This document shows, piece after piece, positions 26,409-34,443 of a DNA stretch of 64,000 nucleotides. Source of the stretch: a virus; IMG/VR virus record IMGVR_UViG_3300017763_000003. One strand, written 5' to 3'. A program made the position numbers and the translations under genes. Below the pieces are notes generated by a model. The model saw only the letters and a program-made list of their open reading frames with translations. It was not told the origin of the DNA and did no database searches. Numbering within the stretch: position 1 is the stretch's first letter; each line of letters starts with the position of its first letter.

Positions 26409-26850
26409 TTATCTTTCCTAGTCGTTGAAGCATAAGTTTGTTTGCTTCATGTAGTTTTTCTATTGCTTCTTTTGACTGACCACGATATGGTACAGCCATA
26501 AACTCTTTAATCATTTGAGCATTGATAGACTTACCATCTATCCATACATCGCCAAGTATTCTACCGAACTTACCAGTCTCGTAATCCTTGTATGTTTTGA
26601 TTGAAAGATTCTTACCTTTTTTTAATGCTTCAGTCAAATATTTCTTAGCTAAAAGACCTCGGATCTTTTCTTCTTTATTTCTTGTTCTTGATTCGGGTGT
26701 ATCGATACCAAACATTCTCACTCTAGACTTATACATTATATCAAATCCTATATCAATAATAACATCAATGGTATCACCATCGACTATCTTTGTGACTTTA
26801 TGTATTCTGTATGAAAAATCAGTTGGATCTCCCAGTTTTGGTTGGGGCAT
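26401..26850 (-). CDS. Thermonuclease (SNase-like)
   Basis: IVDGDTID, RVRMFGIDTPESRT, GKFGRILG; ACTAAATA promoter at 26872-26879. Confidence 0.9.
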   Translation of the reverse strand: MPQPKLGDPTDFSYRIHKVTKIVDGDTIDVIIDIGFDIMYKSRVRMFGIDTPESRTRNKEEKIRGLLAKKYLTEALKKGKNLSIKTYKDYETGKFGRILGDVWIDGKSINAQMIKEFMAVPYRGQSKEAIEKLHEANKLMLQRLGKISG

Positions 26851-26870
26851 AATATCTCCTTTTTATTCTA

Positions 26871-27338
26871 CTATTTAGTCTTTTTATCTAGACCAGTCTT
26901 CCATGTAAGACCTAATTCATCTTCAGTCAATATAATGAACTTTTGACCACGATCTAATGCGTATTGTTCTGCTGCTTTCCACTTGGCTGCATTTACAGTA
27001 TATGCTTTTGACTCAGCCAAATACTTTTTTGTCCTTCTTCCAGTAAATTTAGGAGGTGAGCATTGTACTTTTGGTTTTATTTCAACTAAATAGGTGTGTA
27101 TCTGGTCATGTTTATTTTTGACTTTTATTGTAAAGTCTATAAAGTATCGATGCAATCGGTTATCTACTGGCGATCTATAAGGCACAACTGTTTCTTCAGA
27201 TCTCCATTTTAACACATGATTAGATCTATCGCACCAAGAAGCGAAACGAGTTTCCCAACTAGAACGCATAATAATGTTCGTTGGGTTTCCTTCGTACTTC
27301 TCGGGATTTAATGGGGTGTATTTTCTTTTGTGAAACAT
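26871..27338 (-). CDS. 4: Head completion nuclease gp4
   Basis: PLNPEKY, RSSWE, WRSEE..VPY, HRYFIDF, EIKP, AKWKAA, FIILTE. Confidence 0.92.
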   Translation of the reverse strand: MFHKRKYTPLNPEKYEGNPTNIIMRSSWETRFASWCDRSNHVLKWRSEETVVPYRSPVDNRLHRYFIDFTIKVKNKHDQIHTYLVEIKPKVQCSPPKFTGRRTKKYLAESKAYTVNAAKWKAAEQYALDRGQKFIILTEDELGLTWKTGLDKKTK

Positions 27339-27339
27339 A

Positions 27340-27371
27340 ACTAAATATATCCTATACAACTACTATTTAGG
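27340..27371. promoter_or_regulatory. Face-to-face late promoter pair at the strand switch
   Basis: ACTAAATA (+, 27340-47) and CCTAAATA (-, 27364-71). Confidence 0.75.
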
Positions 27372-27383
27372 GGTCAAATATAC

Positions 27384-28667
27384 ATGTCATCAGCAAGGGG
27401 TGCATCATTAAAAAACGCTGGGTCGGTCACGCACTCACATCACAGTTCCACATCATCAACAACTACTACTCGTACAAGTCAAGCAGTAGTATCTGATGAG
27501 GATCTAAATGATGCAGTAGAAGAAACGAATAAGAGTCCTTCTTATGCAGTCACGCACTTATCATATCCAGAAGATATACTAAATGTCCCAGATTATGGTG
27601 GCAATTATGTTATGTTCTTTATTAATGAAAGGCAAGAATCTAAGATAGCACAAGACACATCAAGAGTACTTGAGGATGTAGATCCAGGTGTTGGTCGTGC
27701 TATTAATGGTGCTGGCTTCAGTAATTTTGCTGCCATAGGAAGTAGTTTCCTAACAGGAGCAGGTGCTGGTGCTTTACTTGGTGGATTATTTTCAGGTGCT
27801 GCTGGTGGGATTTCAAAAGGTGCTGCTTCACTTGGAGCAGCAGGTGCTGTATCAACAGGAGCATTAGGAAACTTTGACAGTTTAAATCCTTCAGCACTCG
27901 GTAAGAAGTTTTCCAAACCACTAAAAAGAATGAAGCATGCTATCGCTTTACACATGCCTAACAACTTTGCTATTCGTTCTGGTGCTCAGTATGAAGAAGC
28001 AGAAACATTTATGACTCAAGCATTTATGCAAGGTGCTGATGTACTTGCTGCAGGTGCAACTGACTTGGTAAAAAACTTGTCAAGTAAAAAACCTGCATCA
28101 GAATCTATAGCAGGTCTAGTAAATGATTTAACAGCAGGATCTGCTGGTGTTGCTCAAGCAGCAGCATTACAAAATATTCCAGGAAGTGAAGCAATACAAG
28201 CCATGGCAGGTGTTGCTCCTAACCCGAAAAAAGAACAAATATTCAAGAACATGGACTTTCGTACCTTTCAGTATGACTACCAGTTCTTCCCTCGCTCTGG
28301 CGAAGAGTCAAACAATATACGAAATATTGTAAACACATTTAAATATCACATGCATCCTGAGTTTAAAGATGATGATGGTTTCTTATACCTATATCCAGGA
28401 GAGTTTGAGATATTCTACTATATTGGTGACTCTATAAACCCATATATACACAAACATACATCAGCTGTATTAAAAGAAGTGAATGTAAACTATACACCAC
28501 AGGGTCAGTTTACTTCGTTCGATAATGGAGCTCCTACACAAATTAACATGACATTATCCTTTCAAGAACTATCTATCCTTACTAAAGGGCATCTTGGGGC
28601 GATGGGTGAAACTCCTCCAAAAGAGCAAACCCCAGCAGATGGTGTTGAACCAGATATGAGTCAATAA
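27384..28667 (+). CDS. 48: Baseplate tail tube cap gp48
   Basis: IALHMP, NPKKEQIF...RTFQYDYQFFPRS, YPGEFEI, VNYTP, LSFQELSILTK. Confidence 0.9.
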   Translation: MSSARGASLKNAGSVTHSHHSSTSSTTTTRTSQAVVSDEDLNDAVEETNKSPSYAVTHLSYPEDILNVPDYGGNYVMFFINERQESKIAQDTSRVLEDVDPGVGRAINGAGFSNFAAIGSSFLTGAGAGALLGGLFSGAAGGISKGAASLGAAGAVSTGALGNFDSLNPSALGKKFSKPLKRMKHAIALHMPNNFAIRSGAQYEEAETFMTQAFMQGADVLAAGATDLVKNLSSKKPASESIAGLVNDLTAGSAGVAQAAALQNIPGSEAIQAMAGVAPNPKKEQIFKNMDFRTFQYDYQFFPRSGEESNNIRNIVNTFKYHMHPEFKDDDGFLYLYPGEFEIFYYIGDSINPYIHKHTSAVLKEVNVNYTPQGQFTSFDNGAPTQINMTLSFQELSILTKGHLGAMGETPPKEQTPADGVEPDMSQ

Positions 28668-29164
28668 TGGCTGATACATATTTCAAAAAATTCAACGAGA
28701 TATACTACATTACACGAGAAGGTAATGAAGAGAAGCTCAAAGTACTTACTGATATCACAACCAATGTAAGACTTAGGAAACAAATACTACAAAACATAAC
28801 TGCTTATGAGTTTTATGACATAAAGCAGTATGAAACAATCGAAAACTTAGCTGAGAGACTTTATGGGGATCCTAATTTACACTGGATCCTTATGCTCATC
28901 AATAATCGCTATGACTATGTAAATGACTTCCCACTGGAGCATGATGCTCTAACTGCTATGATAACTGCTAACTATGCATCGCCTGATACTGTCAAATGGT
29001 ATAAGAAAGATGGGTTGGTAGTTGATTCTTCAGTAGCAGGGTCGATTGGTCAAACACATCGTGAATATGAGATGGAAAGAAACGAAGCCAAGAGGAGAAT
29101 AAAGATCGTCACTCCCACACTAGCTATGCAGATAGTGCGTGAGTTTAAAAAAATGGAAATATAG
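28667..29164 (+). CDS. 53: Baseplate wedge gp53
   Basis: YFKKF, LAERLYGDPNLHWILMLIN, EYE..RNEAKRRIK. Confidence 0.9.
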   Translation: MADTYFKKFNEIYYITREGNEEKLKVLTDITTNVRLRKQILQNITAYEFYDIKQYETIENLAERLYGDPNLHWILMLINNRYDYVNDFPLEHDALTAMITANYASPDTVKWYKKDGLVVDSSVAGSIGQTHREYEMERNEAKRRIKIVTPTLAMQIVREFKKMEI

Positions 29165-29167
29165 ATT

Positions 29168-30424
29168 ATGGCACAGGCAGGAGTCGCATTCGCTGGTGAT
29201 GTAACAATTAATGCAATTGAGTTAGTCGCTGGTGGTTCAAAAATAGATATAAGAGAGCAGGTTCTAAGTATTGAGCTGTTCGAAGATATCTTTTCCCCAT
29301 TCATCACAGGTAAAGTAGCAATTACTGATTCGCAAGATCTAATCAATCGTATGCCACTTATCGGTCAAGAACTGATACAGATAGATATACAAACACCTGA
29401 GATGGATAAAAGTAAATTCAAAGGTACATTCTACATATTCAAACTGACTGAGAGAATAAGTCTTGGTGATACTGAGACTGGGTATGTGCTTCACTTCATT
29501 AACAGTGATGCCGTGAAAGATAGAAACAACAGTATCGATGCTGCCAAAAAAGGTTTCTGTAGCAATATCATACAGGACTTGGTAGCTGAAGATGCACAAG
29601 GATTAAAGAGTACGAAGCAACTGAACATGACACCGACTGTAAATGGTACTCGCTTTATATGTAATGGTTGGTCACCGACAAGAGCCATCGATTTCGTCAC
29701 GGAACGAGCAATAAATAAAGAAGGACACGCTGACTATATCTTCTTTGAAAATAGAGATGGCTATAACTTCCTTGGCTTATCAGAACTGTACAATGGACCA
29801 GTGATACAAGAATTTATTGAAGATAACCAGTCACCTGATGGGTCAGATGCGGATGAGTCTTACAAAAGAATCAGTAAGATGTTTATGCATGAAGGATTTA
29901 ATTTCTTTGAACGACTTCGACAGGGTGTGTTTATCAACAAACTGAGAAACTATGATATGACAACCAAAACCTATACCAAATCCAATTACAGCAGTTTGGC
30001 TCAGTTTAAAGAACGCAGTCATCTAAACAAATATCCACTGAGTACTCCTGATGTTATCGCCAACGAAAATGCATCCAGCTTTCAACTACTCACTCATGAG
30101 AATATGCATAAAGGTTTCGGTGATACATCGGTAGAGCGTTCACTCCTACAAAGAACATCAGCCATCGCCAATACTCGTGCTTTCGTACTGAATATCGAGG
30201 TTCCAGGCAGAATGGACTATACTGCTGGTCGAGTGGTGAATTTATCTACATTTAGAAAAGAAGCCACGGATAAGGATACTGATATGCTCGATCCTATGTT
30301 CTCAGGGAATTATCTCATTGGCAGTATCGGTCATGAAATCACTTCCAAAGCTCATACCTGCTCGATGGAGATCTTTAAAGACAGTATGCTAGTTGACCTA
30401 GCAAAACTGCGGGAGAGTGCTTAA
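29168..30424 (+). CDS. Baseplate hub protein (gp27-like)
   Basis: FEDIFSPFITG, LIGQE, FFENRDGYNF, VPG, SGNYLI; position between 53 and 5. Confidence 0.75.
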   Translation: MAQAGVAFAGDVTINAIELVAGGSKIDIREQVLSIELFEDIFSPFITGKVAITDSQDLINRMPLIGQELIQIDIQTPEMDKSKFKGTFYIFKLTERISLGDTETGYVLHFINSDAVKDRNNSIDAAKKGFCSNIIQDLVAEDAQGLKSTKQLNMTPTVNGTRFICNGWSPTRAIDFVTERAINKEGHADYIFFENRDGYNFLGLSELYNGPVIQEFIEDNQSPDGSDADESYKRISKMFMHEGFNFFERLRQGVFINKLRNYDMTTKTYTKSNYSSLAQFKERSHLNKYPLSTPDVIANENASSFQLLTHENMHKGFGDTSVERSLLQRTSAIANTRAFVLNIEVPGRMDYTAGRVVNLSTFRKEATDKDTDMLDPMFSGNYLIGSIGHEITSKAHTCSMEIFKDSMLVDLAKLRESA

Positions 30425-30425
30425 A

Positions 30426-33179
30426 ATGGCTAAAATGAGTCTTTATACAGGTGTTGTAGAGAATAGAAACGATCCTCTCAAGCTGGGTCGAGTCAAAGTA
30501 AGAGTCCACGGAGTACATAATACCGATATTGCTATACTGCCTACTGAAGATTTGCCGTGGGCGATCGTTATCCAGCCTACTTCCAGTGCTGGTATCTCTG
30601 GGGTTGGCTATAATCCTGGACTGGTTATCGGAAGTATTGTAGCAGTTTGTTTCACGGATCCAGATGAGCAAATGCCGATTGTACTCGGGAGTGTTCCTGG
30701 AGTACCGCAAGATCCAGTCGAAAAAGAGGGTCTCTCATATAAAAAGAACAGTAAAGCACTCGACTTCCTCAACAATATCACGGAGGGCGAAGATGGGGAA
30801 CTCGTAGAGAGCTCGGCACCCGAAGGTTCTAGCAATAGCGAAACCACACTCGAAGAAGCTCGTCCAGTCACGGCACATAAGGTCTCAACAGAGGGACTCG
30901 AAGAGGTTAAGAAGAATTATCCATTCAGTTCAGCTCCATATAAAGACTCAGATGGCAAGTTTACTATCGGTCATGGACAACAGACATGGAAAGGCAGTCC
31001 AGTCACATTAACTTATCCAGGAGCAGTATCTGCAACTGAAGCTGCATCTGAGCTCGAAAGACATATCAACGCACCCAGCGAACTCAAAGGATTACTCGCA
31101 AAGAATATTCGTAAACCTGTCACATCGTCTATGTATGACGCATTGGCTTCATTCGCACATAATCTCACTCCTGAACAGCTTCGTACTGCATCTCCCATAG
31201 CACAATTAAACAGTGGTAAATTCGAATCTGCAGCCAATTTATTGGCAAATTATAGTAAAAAATCGGGAGATTTAACTGGTATTTTGAACACTCGACGAGC
31301 ATCGGAAGCGACCAGTTTTCTTTCAAAAGGCATACCAACTAATCTCGGTATCAATAAGCTGAGTGACACCGCACTAAGTGTAGGTGATGCGAATATCGAC
31401 GGCAGTGTGTTTACAGGCAAAGCTGGAAACCTTTTGCAGTATAAGGGTTTCGGACTGGCTACGCAAAAATACAGTTATCCCAAATATACTAATGAGAGTG
31501 ACTTGAGTCGGCTGGTAAGAGCTGAAGAACTGGATAAGACCTCCGTGTATGTGAAGGAAGCGTCGCGATTTGTGGGGGTTCAAAAAGCAGTGTCTGCGTT
31601 GTTGTCTTCATCTGATGAAACAAATTCAAGCAGAGAGACTTGGGACACGACTGATGTGCCATATAATGCTGAGTATCCTTACAACAAGGTGCTACAATCA
31701 GAGACAGGTCACAGCATAGAACTCGACGATACTCCAGAAGCTGAGCGACTTTCGTTGTTCTCTGCTCCAGGATCCTTTCTTGAATACGACCATAATGGGA
31801 CACTCGTCGACCATGTAGTGGGCGATCGCTATATGCAGTCATCTAGGAATCTATACAGTATAGTGTCTGGAAACGAGACGCAGTATATAGGAGGGGATGC
31901 TAACCTGTATGTCAAGGCTGGTTCCACTGTCAATATCGAAGGCGAATGTAATGTGATAGTCAACAATAATGTAAACTTGACTATTGCGGGAAATTATAGT
32001 ACCATAGTAAAAGGCAATTACAATTTAGATGTGGTGGGAGACAAGTTTGAGCGAGTGGCTGGCAACAGCGATATCGAAATCAATGGCAACGAGACCTTTA
32101 ATGTAAATGGCTCAGGCATACACATTCGCAGAGGGTCGTATAGCGAGCACTTTGGAGGAAACTTCAGTCGCTGTGTCGATGGAACCACTGGCTACTACCT
32201 AACTGGGACTGCGGATTACTACTTTGGAGCTGGTCTGGTGGAGCAAATCACTGGACAGAGGTCTTCGTACAGTAGTGGGAACACACATATTGATGGTGCA
32301 CAAGTTCGATTTAACGATCCGAAGAATATTGCATCAGAACAACTACCCAAAACCCTACCTGAGACACCTCCTTTACCAGAGACACCAATAGAACTACTCA
32401 CTCCAGAGATCCCTGCATTGCCAGAGCTCGAGGTAAACAGTCGCAGTGCAAGATATACCAATAACTTCGAGTCTCTGGACGAAGGCGATGGTACAGCCTA
32501 TCGAACTATATTAATCAATAGAGGTATATACCGAGAAGAAAATCTAGACTTAGGCGAGGTGTCAGCTACTGCAACGCCAACTGTCAACCCTACTGCCAGC
32601 AAGTACATATACACCGACAAGATTATCGACAACATGCAGGAGTTCCCCACTGAGCTCCAACTGTCGTCTCGCTTCCAGCTATCAGCTTTCACCAAGGGTG
32701 GAGTGCGAGTGCTAAGGCGAGGTCGTATCAGCAAGCAACAGATAGTGAAGAATCTGAAGGCATTGGCAGAAGCAGTGTGTGAGCCCACCTATACACTGTA
32801 TCCCAACATGCAGATACTGGCTGGGTATAGGAACAGAGATGACATCGAGGACAGTAGCAACAAGAACTTGCATTATCTAGGACAAGCAGTTGATATAAGA
32901 TTTGATGGCTATACTCGAGAAGAAACCTACAACGCAGCACAAGAGTTAGTGTCGAATCTGCCACATGGCTTCGATACACTGGTACTTAACTACAATGGCA
33001 AGAAGTCATGTTGGATACATTTATCATTTAGACTTACAGGAAACAGAGAAGCCATCGCAACATATAGAGACCACATCAAGATGGGCGACAATCTACAGTA
33101 CATACCAGAGAATGGCAGTGTGTCTGAGTCGAGTGGCTCGTCTCGCTTGGGTGCATCAACCGAAGACATAATCAGATGA
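30426..33179 (+). CDS. 5: Baseplate central spike gp5 with OB fold, degenerate lysozyme, beta-helix and C-terminal M15-like peptidase
   Basis: GVVENRNDPLKLGRVKVRVHGVH, LPWA, YPYNKV..ETGH..ELDDTP, VxGN repeats, GYR...HYLGQAVD...WIHLS. Confidence 0.9.
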   Translation: MAKMSLYTGVVENRNDPLKLGRVKVRVHGVHNTDIAILPTEDLPWAIVIQPTSSAGISGVGYNPGLVIGSIVAVCFTDPDEQMPIVLGSVPGVPQDPVEKEGLSYKKNSKALDFLNNITEGEDGELVESSAPEGSSNSETTLEEARPVTAHKVSTEGLEEVKKNYPFSSAPYKDSDGKFTIGHGQQTWKGSPVTLTYPGAVSATEAASELERHINAPSELKGLLAKNIRKPVTSSMYDALASFAHNLTPEQLRTASPIAQLNSGKFESAANLLANYSKKSGDLTGILNTRRASEATSFLSKGIPTNLGINKLSDTALSVGDANIDGSVFTGKAGNLLQYKGFGLATQKYSYPKYTNESDLSRLVRAEELDKTSVYVKEASRFVGVQKAVSALLSSSDETNSSRETWDTTDVPYNAEYPYNKVLQSETGHSIELDDTPEAERLSLFSAPGSFLEYDHNGTLVDHVVGDRYMQSSRNLYSIVSGNETQYIGGDANLYVKAGSTVNIEGECNVIVNNNVNLTIAGNYSTIVKGNYNLDVVGDKFERVAGNSDIEINGNETFNVNGSGIHIRRGSYSEHFGGNFSRCVDGTTGYYLTGTADYYFGAGLVEQITGQRSSYSSGNTHIDGAQVRFNDPKNIASEQLPKTLPETPPLPETPIELLTPEIPALPELEVNSRSARYTNNFESLDEGDGTAYRTILINRGIYREENLDLGEVSATATPTVNPTASKYIYTDKIIDNMQEFPTELQLSSRFQLSAFTKGGVRVLRRGRISKQQIVKNLKALAEAVCEPTYTLYPNMQILAGYRNRDDIEDSSNKNLHYLGQAVDIRFDGYTREETYNAAQELVSNLPHGFDTLVLNYNGKKSCWIHLSFRLTGNREAIATYRDHIKMGDNLQYIPENGSVSESSGSSRLGASTEDIIR

Positions 33180-33279
33180 CCCCTATTATATTGACAGCAC
33201 GAGACATCGATCGAAAAGAGTCGGCTTTATTCGGCTGCATATTTTTTAGAGCTGGAAGTCGCAACACTGGGAGTCGCAC

Positions 33280-33771
33280 ATGCCAATAAGTCAACCACAC
33301 AACAAAAGAATATCCACATCAGTCAACTGGAAACACATACTGATATGTGGACTGCCAGGATCTGGCAAGACAACGCTGGCATCAGAGCTGGCATATTACT
33401 TTAAGGTTCCACACTATAATGCTGACACACTTCGAGAGTATTATATGGACTGGGACTTTAGTTATGAAGGACGCATTACTCAGGCAAGTAGAATGGCTCG
33501 TATGCCTTTTGGTATATTGGATTTTGTTTGTCCTACAAATGCTCTGCGAGGAGTAGTCAATGCGGACTATGTTATATGGATGAACACAAAGGAGTCTTCG
33601 AAGTACGAGGACACAAATAAACTGTGGCAGGATCCAGCCACTTACGATATTGAGGTATTACAATGGATAGAGCAAAACCAACTACGCAACTCCTTGGCAG
33701 GTTTCAACCCTGGCATGATGGGCATACAGAGTTATTTAAACGAGCACTTTCCAAAACTGGTCAAGTCGTAA
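33280..33771 (+). CDS. Adenylyl-sulfate kinase-like P-loop kinase
   Basis: ILICGLPGSGKTTLA, NAD..R, DWDFS..GR, DFVCPT, YEDTN. Confidence 0.75.
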   Translation: MPISQPHNKRISTSVNWKHILICGLPGSGKTTLASELAYYFKVPHYNADTLREYYMDWDFSYEGRITQASRMARMPFGILDFVCPTNALRGVVNADYVIWMNTKESSKYEDTNKLWQDPATYDIEVLQWIEQNQLRNSLAGFNPGMMGIQSYLNEHFPKLVKS

Positions 33772-34022
33772 TATTATTACGAGAGTCTGATGGGACTGAG
33801 AGTAATCCTTTAGGAATTAAGGATAGGATCGCTCGGCTACGAGGAGCACTTAGTTTGGCTGGGTATAAGTATGGTCGAGAATACGAGGTCATACCTGTGC
33901 CGAATATAGTACATATTACTTATGGTCGAGATGTAGGTTATAAGATCGAGGAAGAAGTATTAGACGCAGAGACGCAGGCAATTAGTGCCACTAAGATACG
34001 AGAACAATGGAGTAAAATATGA
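33663..34022 (+). CDS. HxGH nucleotidyltransferase (cytidylyltransferase/NadM-like), minimal
   Basis: LGRFQPWHDGH, NP, YGRDVGY, ISATKIR; own SD GAGGT. Confidence 0.8.
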   Translation: MDRAKPTTQLLGRFQPWHDGHTELFKRALSKTGQVVILLRESDGTESNPLGIKDRIARLRGALSLAGYKYGREYEVIPVPNIVHITYGRDVGYKIEEEVLDAETQAISATKIREQWSKI

Positions 34023-34234
34023 GCGAGTTTAGATTGAGCACCTTTAATAAGGTTAAGAGTCACTGGGCAAATCAACTAGGCAAGCCAGGAGATGTAAGTA
34101 CAGAGGATATGGAAAAGTTGATTGCTTTTTGGGAATCTGCTGATTATACGAAGGAGGGTAATCAATATCATAAGGAATGCCCAGAAAGTTATCGAGATGA
34201 ATTTGTTGCTTGGCTACGAGAGGAATATTTATGA
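34019..34234 (+). CDS. Hypothetical protein
   Basis: SD GGAG, ATGA overlap. Confidence 0.65.
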   Translation: MSEFRLSTFNKVKSHWANQLGKPGDVSTEDMEKLIAFWESADYTKEGNQYHKECPESYRDEFVAWLREEYL

Positions 34235-34443
34235 GAGGTCGCTTTGAAGTTATTACAGCTGAGAATCCGAAAGAGGTTAAGATCTTTGCGGACTACGATG
34301 ATATTCCGAATAACATTATAGAGATTATATTATTTAAACCCAGCGAGGAAGATGACGAGGGCAATCACAATCACGAGTACCTTGCCACCTTCCCGAGAAA
34401 ACTAGAGGAATTAAAACTACGATGCCAGCAGTCACAAGAATAG
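34231..34443 (+). CDS. Small hypothetical protein preceding PAAR
   Basis: ATGA overlap at 34231; YDDIP..I..II.FKP...H.H. Confidence 0.65.
   Translation: MRGRFEVITAENPKEVKIFADYDDIPNNIIEIILFKPSEEDDEGNHNHEYLATFPRKLEELKLRCQQSQE

Noticed and set aside
33640-33771. Programmed -1 frameshift fusing the kinase and nucleotidyltransferase
   Set aside because: No X XXY YYZ slippery site seen, and the downstream ORF has its own SD
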